Source: Eledone cirrhosa
Lineage: Eukaryota
DNA: 64,000 bases
Direction: 5' to 3'
Assembly (NCBI GenBank): GCA_964016885.1
Contig: OZ024762.1
Location: forward strand, 17,546,001-17,610,000
Numbering within the stretch: the stretch's first letter is position 1; each line of letters opens with the position of its first letter. The position numbers and the translations under genes are program-made. Under the pieces are notes generated by a model, which was given only the letters and a program-made list of their open reading frames with translations, had not been told where the DNA came from and made no database searches. Of this stretch, positions 30,214 to 43,100 are shown piece by piece.

Positions 30214-30644
30214 TTTGTACAGAAGAAGGTTTATATAAGTGTAACTTTATGTGTGTGTCTAGAGAAGATTTAGTTTTGTTTATTAGACAAAGAAAGTATG
30301 TATATATAAATGTAACAGATAGAATGCCTTCATTTCAGCTGTCTGAATTCAAATCCCATCAAGGCCAACTTTGCCTTTCATCCATTCAAGGTTGATAAAA
30401 AAAAGTACCAGTCTAGTACTGGGGTGAATTCTTCCTCTACACTTCTCTAGAAGAAATCCGCTGTATTCAGACCTGGGCTCTGCCAGGTTTTAAAAAGAGC
30501 CCTAGAAACACTGTATGTCAATGCGTTGCCTCTATGACTCCCTTGGGAGTTACGGGTCCATACATATAACTCTCACAGCTTGGAAGTTCTGTATGTAAGT
30601 CTTTAAAAACATTTCATCAGTACACTCAGCTGAGGAGTTAATCC

Positions 30645-33185
30645 TACATATATACATACATATGTATGTATATATACATACATATGTATATATACATACA
30701 TATGTATATATACGTATGTATATATATATACATATGTATGTATATATACATATGTATGTATATATACATATGTATGTATATATACATACATATGTATGTA
30801 TATATACATATGTATGTATACATACATACGTATGTATATATACATACATATGTATATATATATATATATACATATGTATATATATATCTATGTATGTATA
30901 TATACATACATATGTATATATATAATACGTATGTATATATATCTATGTATGTATATATACATACATATGTATATATATACATATGTATGTATATATACAT
31001 ACGTATGTATGTATACATACGTATGTATGTATACATACGTATGTATGTATACATACGTATGTATGTATACATACATATGTATGTATATATACATTCATAT
31101 GTATGTATATATACATACATATGTATATATACATACATTTGTATATATATATACATACGTATATATACATATATACATACATAGATATATATACATACGT
31201 ATTATGTATATATACATATGTATGTATATATACATACATACATATACATACGTATATATACATACATATGTATGTATATATACATACATACGTATATATA
31301 CATACATATGTATATATACATACATAGATATATATACATACGTATTATGTATATACATATGTATGTATATATACATATGTATGTATATATACATACATAC
31401 ATATACATACGTATATATACATACATATGTATGTATATATACATACATACATATGTATGTATATATACATACGTATGTATGTATACATACGTATGTATGT
31501 ATGTATATATACATACGTATGTATATATACATACATACGTATGTATATATACATACATATGTATGTATATATACATACATACGTATCTATACATACATAC
31601 GTATCTATATATGCATACGTATGTATATATACATACGTATGTATGTATACATACATACGTATGTATGCATACATACGTATATACACATACATACGTATGT
31701 ATATATACATACATACGTATGTATACATACTTACGTATGTATATATACATACAAACATATGTATATATATACATACGTATGTATGTATACATACGTATGT
31801 ATGCATACATACGTATGTATATATACATACATATGTATGTATATATATATACATATGTATGTATATATATATACATGTATATATATGCATACATACGTAT
31901 GTATACATACATACGTATGTATATATACATATGTATGTATATATACATATGTATGTATATATATATACATATGTATGTATATATACATACATATGTATAT
32001 ATACATATGTATGTATATATATATATATACATATGTATGTATATATATATACATATGTATGTATATATACATATGTATGTATATATATATAAATATGTAT
32101 GTATATATACATACGTATGAATGTATATATACATACATATGTATACATATATACATATGTCTGTATATATATATACATATGTATGTATATATACATACAT
32201 ATGTATATATATATACATACATATGTATATACATATACATACATATGTATATATATATACATACATATGTATGTATACATACGTATGTATGTATACATAC
32301 GTATGTATATATATATATACATACGTACGTATGTATACATACATACGTATGTATACATACATACGTATGTATGCATACATACGTATGTATACATATTTAC
32401 GTATGTATATATACATACATATGTATACATACGTATGTATGTATATACATACATACAAATGTATATATACGTACGTATGTATGTATATATTCATACATAC
32501 GTATGTATACATACATACATACGTATGTATATATACATACATATGTATGTATATATACATACATATGTATGTATATATATATACATAAGTATGTATATAT
32601 ATATACATAAGTATGTATATATATATACATACGTATGTATATATACGTATGTATGTATGCATACATACGTATGTATATATACATACATACGTATGTATAT
32701 ATATATACATATGTATGTATATATACATACATACGTATGTATGCATACATACGTATGTATGTATGCATACGTATGTATGCATACATACGTATGTATGTAT
32801 GCATACGTATGTATGTATACATACATACGTATGTATATATACATATGTATGTATCTATACATACATATGTATGTATCTATACATATGTATGGATATATAC
32901 ATATGTATGTACATATACATACATATGTATATATACATACATATGTATGTATATATATACACATACATATGTATATATATACACATACGTATGTGTATAT
33001 ATATACATACATATATATATATACACATACGTATGTGTATATATATACATACATATATATGTATATATACATATATATGTATATATATACATACATATGT
33101 ATGTATATATACATACATATGTATGTATATACATATGTATGTATGTATATACATATGTATGTATACATATGTATGTATATATGTA
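30645..33185. repeat. Complex (TAYR)n microsatellite field (TATA/TACA/TATG/TACG), ~2.5 kb
   Basis: Directly visible alternating purine-pyrimidine tract. Confidence 0.97.
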
Positions 33186-34211
33186 AAGATATCTACTTTC
33201 AGTTTACCATAAATTTTCATATTTATCTAATATGCATTCTATGCTCTATGGTTAAGCTTCTACGATAGTAATTATGATAATATCTACATTGTATTTTTTT
33301 AAGTATAGAGTCTCTTTCATCACGCATCTCTTTCATTCCTTTTCTCTCTCTCTATATATATAGCATGGAAAATGAACTTTAAACAATGATGACCCTGTAA
33401 TAAACAGGTGAAACTCCAGAATAACAAGACACACTATTTAGCCTTAATAAAATAAATATATATATATATGTATGTGTGTGTGTATATATATATATATAAA
33501 CAAATAATAACGAGGAAAAATATTTTTTCAGTAGAAAATGCTGAAGAGATTCTTTCAGTGTAATATCAAAACATTTATTTATTTATAAAGTGGATATTTC
33601 CTCATTTAATAATACCGGTTTCAGCATTATATGCTTTTTCAATTGCAGATATGCATAATATAGTTATGTTGCATATTTATACGAATAATAAAAAGGGGAA
33701 GAAAAAAGATTAGTTTTTACATACATATTTAGAGAAGAGAGTTCATATCTCTGTCCATGTTTGTCCTTCTTTCTCTGTTAGTTGGCTGACAGATATATAC
33801 ATATATACAGCCCACACTGTAAAGTGAACGTGTAAAAGATACGGCAAAAAGCACCCAGCCCACACTGTCAATGTGGTTGGCATTAGAAAGGGCATCCAGC
33901 CAGAAACACCCTTATATGAGCGAGACATGGTCACCCAACACAACTTGCCCCAAAATAGGACCCGTCAATCGATGATGATATATATATATATATTACATTC
34001 AAAGTTATAGATGTCATGTTTGAGATAATCTCGAACATTCTATACGAATTGTTTCTTCTTAAAGTTTGATATATCCTATTGTACATTTATATCATTAGAT
34101 ATTTATGTATGTATATATGTCATTCCCTATTTTTATATAAATATAGATAGATATAACTAAATATATATATAGATAGATATAACTAAATATATCTATCTAT
34201 ATATATAACTA

Positions 34212-34244
<33 letters not shown>

Positions 34245-34569
34245 GAGGAGAGTTAGAACTATTGGAAACATGGTGGTACCATTTGATGTTCTCGGTGATC
34301 GTCAGGACTCCACTATTGAAGCTATCGGTATGATAGCAAACTATAATAATATCTACACTCTCCTTTTTTTAAGTATAGAGTTCTTCTCCTCCATCTATAT
34401 ATCTCTCTCTCTTTATACGTACAATGTTTAAATTTTGTACTTGGCTTATATTTGTGTATTATGTGATAATAAAATAATTTTATGTTAAAAAAAAAATTGT
34501 TTTTATTTGTAATGTGCAATGCCAATAATGATAATAATGTTTTGCTTCTTACAAAGGCCACTATATCAT

Positions 34570-35765
34570 CATCATCGTTGTTACATATTTGCATGGGTCG
34601 TTTTCAGCACAGCCTCTCTCCACTCATCGCCTCAGCAATTTGAGATCAGCTCTTGCCATCTCTGTTCACATCTTCCTTGGTCTACCTCTCTTGCAGCTTT
34701 CCTCTACTGGGATTTCTTTAACCAGCAATCATCATCACATTTCTTCTTTCTTGCACACCACTTCATATTCCTCTTAAACCCAGTTTTTCTCTCACATTTA
34801 CATTGCACATCCAACAAAACATGGCTGCTTCATTTCTCTCCAGTCTACATGTGTCTTCTGCAGTCACTGCCCATGTTACACTATCATGTAGCAACACATG
34901 TCTTCTGCAGTCACAGCTCATGTTTCACTACCATGCAGCATCACAGCATTGCATGTCCTCTGCAGTCACTGCACATGTATTCTGCAGTCACAGCTCATGT
35001 TTCACTACCATGCAGCACCACAGCATTGCATGTCCTCTGCAGTCAAAGCCCATGTTTCACTACCATGCAGCACCACAGCATTGCATGTCCTCTGCAGTCA
35101 CAGCCCATGTTTCACTACCATGCAGCATCACAGCATTGCATGTCCTCTGCAGTCACTGCACATGTATTCTGCAGTCACAGCTCATGTTTCACTACCATGC
35201 AGCATCACAGCATTGCATGTCCTCTGCAGTCACTGCACATGTATTCTGCAGTCACAGCTCATGTTTCACTACCATGCAGCACCACAGCATTGCATGTCCT
35301 CTGCAGTCAAAGCCCATGTTTCACTACCATGCAGCATCACAGCATTGCATGTCCTCTGCAGTCAAAGCCCATGTTTCACTACCATGCAGCATCACAGCAT
35401 TGCATGTCCTCTGCAGTCACTGCACATGTATTCTGCAGTCACAGCTCATGTTTCACTACCATGCAGCATCACAGCATTGCATGTCCTCTGCAGTCACTGC
35501 ACATGTATTCTGCAGTCACAGCTCATGTTTCACTACCATGCAGCATCACAGCATTGCATGTCCTCTGCAGTCACAGCCCATGTTTCACTACCATGCAGCA
35601 CCACAGCATTGCATGTCCTCTGCAGTCACAGCCCATGTTTCACTACCATGCAGCATTGCATTTCACACACAGGTGTCATACAGTTGTCTTTTTGTACGTA
35701 GGGAGAAACCTTTTATAATTAACAGTGGAAGTATCTCCCTAAACTTCTTCCATCCTATCCTTATA
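34570..35765 (-). mobile_element. Decayed RTE LINE fragment containing an internal minisatellite
   Basis: Flanks match the RTE 3' region (gggagaaacc.., ccctaaacttcttccatcc, cttcatttctctccag). Confidence 0.8.
34895..35660. repeat. Minisatellite of mixed 55-bp and 22-bp units
   Basis: gtcacagcycatgtttcactaccatgcagcaycacagcattgcatgtcctctgca interspersed with gtcactgcacatgtattctgca. Confidence 0.95.
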
Positions 35766-37299
35766 CATGTCTGTACCAAAGCCGTCTTCTTTCTTGCACA
35801 CCACTTCGTATTTTTCTTCAAGCTCTGTCGTCCATATTACATTACATGTCTGACCAGTTGGCCATGCTATACCTTGCCCATAAAGGGACTGTATTTAGGC
35901 TGAGTTTTTGCTGTTGTTGGAGGCCCTTCCTAATCGCCAAACATGTTTACAGTATCAAACTGGGTGGTCTCATTATGAGACAAGTCTGACCAATTGGCTG
36001 TGCCATAGGGGAACTGTATTTTGGGAGCTGGGTGATCCCATTATATTCTGGCTAGTTGACTGCAGCATACATTGCTCATAATGGGTCAGTGTTTAGGCTG
36101 GGTTTTTACGGCTGCTGGATACCCTTTCTAACAGTAATCACGTTTAGAGGGTGGAACTGTTATGAGACAAGTTGGTTGCACCATACCCTACATGGCGAAA
36201 CCGGAACTGGGCGGTCCTGTTATGAGGCAACATCATACCTTGTTCATATTGGGGACCATGTTTTCATTGGGTTCCTTTCGTAAAAACACATAACTCCATA
36301 TATGGTGTGGGCTATATATATACATACATATATACTCATGTAAAAGTCAAATTTTTTAAGGTTAAACTTTTACATGGATATTACTTTTAAGGGGCTTGTT
36401 ATTTAAGCTAGAATCTAAAGTACCGTATCAGTAGCAGAACCCCAACAGATCTCTAAACTAATAAAAACTAAAACACTATGAATTACAGTAATATTTCCGA
36501 TTCTATGTATCAAAACACGTCTTAGTAAATAACAAAATCCATAAGTAAGGCCGTGAAGCTCTTATGAATATTTACACTTGCTTTTTTTACTTGTATTCAT
36601 CAAACTAATTTAGTGCAATCAGTTTATATCCCATGTTCTACCAAGTGCACAAGAGGTTGTCAGGATTTTTAGACCTGGGAATACAAAATTTAATACTGCA
36701 AATGTGTGTGGTTGTGTTAGTATGTGCCCATATACAGGTGTATGCCAATGTATATGTGCATGGATGTAGGTATATGTATCAGTTTATTTGATCTTTGTTG
36801 ACATCGTTCAGTTTACACTGGGACTGTGACAAAATCATTCTGGATTTTACGTTTGTGTAAAGAGGTATGTAATGTTTTATTTGCCATAAATTCATTCTAA
36901 ACATTCACACAGATATTATTGAGATGCGAAGACACCTTTTTTTTATTTGGAAACGTAAATACATACAGAAAGATGCATTTGTAAATATATATAAACACTC
37001 TTCACTATATGCATTCTTTCTTCTCAGAATAAAAACCACTAGACACATTTATCTATAGCCGTAAATTCATTCTAAACATTTCTAACACACACAACTACAT
37101 GTAACTCTCTTACACACATAAAAGCTACATTTATATATATAAACGTTCTTCACCTACTGTCTTCTAAGAACTAACCGCCCATATTTTAAGAATAACTAAA
37201 ACTTCTCTATATAGGGAAATGCTTTCAAGTTTTTTTTACTTCTGAGAAACAAAACTAAATAATTGTTTCTACTATTGGCACAAGGCCAGCAATTACCGA

Positions 37300-37385
37300 G
37301 TACATTACTGGTACTTTATTTTATCGACCCTGTAAGGATGAAAGGCAAAGTTAACCTCGGCGGGATTTGAACTCAGAATGGCAAG
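37300..37385 (-). mobile_element. SINE fragment with conserved central domain (gcctttcatcc..ggtcgataaaataaagtaccag); relatives at ~30335-30415, 49060-49105, 50280-50345, 60140-60200 and 61375-61420
   Basis: Recurrent motif preceded by a B-box-like gagttcaaatccc. Confidence 0.65.
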
Positions 37386-37429
37386 GGCCGTAACTCTATG
37401 CGTCAGAGCATGGCGTCCAACCCTATCTC

Positions 37430-37968
37430 TCGAACAGCAATGTTACATGGTAGTGAGACCTGGTCGCTGTGTGTAGAAGACTTGCTTAGATTAGAAAGAA
37501 ACAAAGCTTGCAAAGCATAAACGAATTTAGAGAGAGACTGAGCATACGAGCAATCAAATGCTGTGTGCAAAAAGTCGATGGGGGACCTGGGATGAGGTGA
37601 TAAAAGCTGACCTTGCTCCTCTCAAAGGCGACCGTGACCTCTGGTATCACGCAGTAATACAGAAGACCCGACTTCCCACGGGTACAAGCTGAAGCATATA
37701 GATAATATGCCCCCATCCTCTCCCACTGCAAAGTGGTCGTTGAGGAGCCACGACAAAAAAGCACCCTGCCCACACTGTAAATTGGCCGTGTAGTTGCCAC
37801 GGAAAAAAAGCACTCACTGTAAATGCGATTGGTGTTAGGAAGGGCATCCAGCTGTAGAAATCAAGCCAAAATCAGTTCCCTTATAAGCAAGACAAAGTCA
37901 CTCGACCTGGCATTGCCCACAACAGTACAACCCGTGCTAGCGTGGAAGAATGGACGTAAAATGGTGAT
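37430..37968 (+). mobile_element. Fragmented RTE 3' region plus RTE-associated short element
   Basis: atgttacatggtagtgagacctgg (MLHGSETW); ggaagggcatccagctgtagaaa motif; ggacgtaaaatg tail. Confidence 0.75.
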
Positions 37969-38544
37969 ACACGCACACCAACATTTATATATACATAGCT
38001 ATCTCTCCTAACTAAACATTCTCCCTATACACACATTTTTTACATCAAAGTGTCTACAGAGTATATATATGTATATGTGAGATTAGATACTGTATTCTAT
38101 AGAATACAACTTGGAATGACCAAATGAAGAAGAGTGAAATAATAGTCTAGTATTGGGGTCGATTCTTCCTCTAGAGGAAATCCGCTGTATTCAGACCTGG
38201 AGAGGAGATGGGCTCTGCCAGGTTTTAAAAAGTGCTCTAGAAACACTGTAGGGCAATGCGTTGCCTCTATGACTCCCTCGGGAATTACGGGTCCATACAT
38301 ACGGCTTGGAAGTCTTTAAAAACATTTCACATTGCTCCAGTAGTTAGTTAATCCTGTTATAGACCAATGCCCTATCCAGGGAGAGTCTTGTATTCTCAGA
38401 CATTGGTGAGAAGCTTAGAACAGACTTTAACTTATATATATATACGAAATTTAGGTTTAATCAATACATATATCGATGATTGGAATCATGGTCTTAAGAT
38501 TACACAAATCGATGCTAATTATTACATATATTTAGATTTCCCTA

Positions 38545-38765
38545 TACAGAAGACCTGGGATGAGGTGATAAAAGCCGACCTTACCCAATTACACCTCTCA
38601 AAGGCGATGACACACGACCGTGACCTCTGGCGTCACGCAATAATACAGAGTACCCGACCTCCCATGGGTACAAGCTGAACGTGGTGGTGCCAGACACTGC
38701 GCACAACAGGTCAACCCGTCTAACCCATGCTAGCATGGAAGAACGGACGTAAAACTGTGATGATG
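38545..38765 (+). mobile_element. RTE LINE 3' end
   Basis: KTWDEVIKADLTQLHLSKAMTHDRDLWR; tail gcatggaagaacggacgtaaaactgtgatgatg. Confidence 0.8.
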
Positions 38766-39231
38766 AGATCTGTCACCATCTTGAAGTAAGTATATTTACC
38801 TACATATTAATTGTTCTGAATATATGCACCGGTCTTCTACTCTATGGAGCAGAAACGTGACCCCTCACAATGACGATTGATATCTTCGACAGCAGAGCCC
38901 TGAGGACCATCTAAAACATCAGATGGGACCACCACGTTTCCAACAGAGTGCACGCAGTAGCCACACCTTCGTCGAGCAAGAAGAATAGATGTACAAAATA
39001 CTCGAATATAAGGTGTCTTTCTCCCTATCTTATGTCTGAGAAATGGGTAAAAATCCGAACCTTATTTACGTAGAATTTGAAGTTGGCGAAAATCGTCAAA
39101 CTATTGACTCCCTATATAAGTCAACCCCTTTCTACATATTCCCTGGCTTCTATTCGTGTATATCCCGTTATATATGTACAAAATACTAGTAGTTCCTTAA
39201 TAGCTATATATCCCGTTATATTTATATATAT

Positions 39232-39297
39232 AGAAACGGAAAGAAAGCGAGATAACACTTGGAATATGTCGTGTTATCTCGCTTTCTTTCCGTTTCT
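39232..39297. promoter_or_regulatory. Perfect 27-bp inverted repeat with 12-nt loop just upstream of the RNA-cassette TATA box
   Basis: agaaacggaaagaaagcgagataacac / gtgttatctcgctttctttccgtttct; function inferred from position only. Confidence 0.5.
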
Positions 39298-39360
39298 TTT
39301 TTTTTTTAAAAAAGAAAGAAATTTTTAGCTATAAATATGCCTATTTGACTCTGTAGAATT

Positions 39361-39525
39361 GCGGCTTGTGCGTGGCGCTGCACGTAGCGTTTCTGGCTTC
39401 GCTGTCGTACTTCGGTATGGCATGACCACTCGATCGTGTCTGAAGTTCGAATCGTTGCGGGGGTCGGCCGGGACCACAGCAGGCTGGCTTTATGCTGGCC
39501 TGCTCTCCCCCTCGCATGAGTTTTT
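39361..39525 (+). ncRNA. Putative Pol III structured small RNA gene, copy A (family unidentified)
   Basis: TATAAAT at 39330, A-box-like TGGCGCTGCACG at 39373, B box GTTCGAATC at 39445, T5 terminator, GC-rich hairpins including GUCGUAC-UUCG-GUAUGGC. Confidence 0.65.
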
Positions 39526-41719
39526 GCCAAACAATTCGATGAGAGTTATCTCCCCTTGATTTGAATTATTTGCCCTTTGTTTACATTGAACACTACTTCC
39601 GGTTTGTGGAACTCTTCTTCCTTTGTTGTCATTTCTTTTCAGTGTATTGAAGCGGTAACATCATTCTACTTACTCTGGGACTATTAATGATATCGGATTG
39701 GATTTTACGTGTAAAGAGGTATGTATAGTTTTATTTGCCGTATATACACTCACAGGTATTATTGAGACACAAAAATATAATTCACGTTAGAAATATACAT
39801 ACATAGAATTGTTCACTATAAACATTCCTTCTTGTAATGTTTTAGTTGCCATGTCTTTTAAATTTATTCTAAACACTCTTCAGAGAACTAAACCTAATAT
39901 ATACACGTAACTACTTCTTCTAACTAAACATACATGTTACTTTACTATGAAGCATTTGTAAGGAAATATAACCAAGCTTCCTCTCTATACCCATTTTATT
40001 ATCTTCTGTATATAAATCCTATACACACACTCACAGATATATTCTATATACAAGAAGACACCTTTTCACGTAAATACATTGTTTCTTTCCAGAATAAAAC
40101 TTCTGCAGACATATTTATGTATTAGCCGTAAATTTATTCTAAACATTCACTATGAGGAGGAATCTTAAGAACATACGTACATATATATATATATATACAT
40201 ACATTTTTATCTCTAAGAACTAAACCTCCCTAGACATTATATTATCTTGGCAGATACTCATGAGGCACAATATACAATCTTGTTCATACTGGAATAGAAA
40301 CTAAACCTTCTTTAGACTATATACATCTTAATATATAACCTCCACTAAGAAACTAAACCATACAGCTATATTTTATTATCTTTCACATCTAACGAAGCAT
40401 GGTAGCTCCATTCCTCTGCCGTGTATGTAGCTCTTATGGCTCTCAAGACTCTTTACTACTAGCATCCTCACCTGCTTGATAGCTACACCATCCATATATA
40501 AACGTTCTTCACTAGATACAAAACTAAACCTTTATATATACACAACTAACCTATTCTATATTCCTAAGGAACAGCACCAGACCTGGAGACTACTACAAGA
40601 AAGGTAAATAAATTGTGAAATAAAAGAATAAACCAGTCTTTTTCTTTGTTGCTTTATTATCTGTATATATATACCTCTTCACTGTAGGAAGACAACTACC
40701 TTCTGTCACTATATTAGTTTCATATTATATAAATAAATCCCCTCTTACACACACCTATTAGAAACAAGCCATCTCTATATACAGGGAAATAACATCTATG
40801 TAGACTTACTTCTGTCCATAAGAAACTGTATTCTATAGAATACATCTAAAGCGACATTACGTGTGTCTTTTGATATTATACACATGTATGTAGAAACCTG
40901 GAAGTGAACATCATACACATATAAGATAAGTTGCGATCTGTACAGACACATCAATACCTTCTCGCTAGATTCTACACATACCCCTCTTAAGAAACTACTA
41001 TTGTTCTTGTAGTTGTGTATAAGCTTCTCACACTAGAACGTATACATGCTTTCTAAGAAGCAAGAGAGCTAACAGTATCTACAGTAGTGTGTAAATAGAA
41101 AGGAACTGTATTCTATATATTATGTCACACACAAAACTTACTTCATGTCTATAATATACCTTCTTCTCTATATTGGAAGAAGTACCTCCATTATATATAG
41201 ACGCTGTGTTCAATAGAGTAGAGTATGTAGAATTATGTATACACAATTACCTCTTTCTTGAAAGAAAGATACATTGTTCTCTACTAATCTTCATATTGTA
41301 AATTTAGATCTGGGAAGTTACACTTTCCACAATAAAAAATAAAGGTTGATTTCTCTTAATACTTTGTTCTGTAGACACTATATAAATGTAGCTCCAAGTT
41401 AAACCTTGTGTGTATATATGCACTTCTTTCTATAGAATACATATTAATACCCTTATATCTCTAGAGAGAAGGAAATAAACTACTGTATTATATAAATTTA
41501 GCTAAAGAAGTTAATCTTTCTCTCTAGACAGAGATAACTGTATGTATAGGATACTATTACCTCTATAAAATGCAGTATCTAGTAAGAATACATACATATT
41601 AACACCTTTTTATTTTTAAGGCATATGTATATATACTGAAAAGTAGGAGAGAGAGATACACAGTAAGCCTTGTGTGTGTGTATATTATAACTTCTCTATT
41701 ATATATAGAACCACATCTA

Positions 41720-43100
41720 TACACTTACTTCTTTCAAGAATGTTTCTTACTGAACTACAGAATACATACATATTAATACCTTTACTTCTGTATACATACT
41801 GGTAAGTATGAGAGATATATTCTATATATACAGAAAGAGGTAAACTTACTATAGAATACTGTATTATATATAATCTATTCTGTATGTATATATACTTACT
41901 TCTATAGAACAATACACATATTAATACCTTTACTTCTGTATACATACTCGTAAGTATGAGAGAGATATAGAATATATATATTCTATATATACAGAAATAT
42001 CTAAACTTACTATAGAGTACTGTATTATATATAATCTATTCTATATGTATATATACTTACTTCTAAAGAACAATACATATGAATACCTTTACTTCTGTAT
42101 ACATACTGGTAAGTATGAGAGAGATATAGAATATATATTCTATATATACAGAAAGAGGTAAACTTACTATAGAATACTGTATTATATATAATCTATTCTA
42201 TATGTATATATACTTACTTCTATAGAACAATACACATATTAATACCTTTACTTCTGTATACATACTGGTAAGTATGAGAGATATATTCTATATATACAGA
42301 AAGAGGTAAACTTACTATAGAATACTGTATATATACTTACTTCTATAGAACAATACACATATTAATACCTTTACTTCTGTATACATACTGGTAAGTATGA
42401 GAGAGATATAGAATATTTATTCAATATATACAGAAACAGGTAAACTTACTATAGAATACTGTATTATATATAATCTATTCTATATGTATATATACTTACT
42501 TCTATAGAACAATACACATATTAATACCTTTACTTCTGTATACATACTCGTAAGTATGAGAGAGATATAGAATATATATATTCTATATATACAGAAATAT
42601 CTAAACTTACTATAGAATACTGTATTATATATAATCTATTCTATATGTATATATACTTACTTCTAAAGAACAATACATATGAATACCTTTACTTCTGTAT
42701 ACATACTGGTAAGTATGAGAGAGATATAGAATATATATTCTATATATACAGAAAGAGGTAAACTTACTATAGAATACTGTATTATATATAATCTATTCTA
42801 TATGTATATATACTTACTTCTATAGAACAATACACATATTAATACCTTTACTTCTGTATACATACTGATATGTATGAGAGATATAGAATACATATTCTAT
42901 ATATACAGAAAGAGGTAAACTTACTATAGAATACTGTATTATATATAATCTATTCTATATGTATATATACTTACTTATATAGAACAATACACATATTAAT
43001 ACCTTTACTTCTGTATACATACTGATATGTATGAGAGATATAGAATACATATTCTATATATACAGAAAGAGGTAAACTTACTATAGAATACTGTATTCTA
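41720..43100 (+). repeat. ~150-160-bp AT-rich satellite, ~8-9 copies
   Basis: cttctgtatacatact recurs near 41785, 41934, 42092, 42251, 42374, 42533, 42692, 42851 and 43008. Confidence 0.95.

Noticed and set aside
30550-33268. Long ORFs up to 604 aa here and up to 781 aa at 43-45.7 kb (YIYICMY...)
   Set aside because: Translations of (TAYR)n repeats, which lack stop codons in most frames; not genes
34519-35903. 399-, 366- and 267-aa Cys/His-rich repetitive ORFs
   Set aside because: Products of the LINE-derived minisatellite; unit lengths are not multiples of 3 and all frames are open
39361-39525. Identity as 5.8S rRNA, 7SL/SRP or vault RNA
   Set aside because: Only short patchy resemblances; lacks the 5.8S GAAUUGCAG core and rDNA context, the SRP helix-8 motif, and the vault terminal-stem layout
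39306-39559. 66- and 74-aa ORFs over the GC-rich cassette
   Set aside because: Non-ATG starts, no recognisable domain, and indels in paralogs C/D disrupt them
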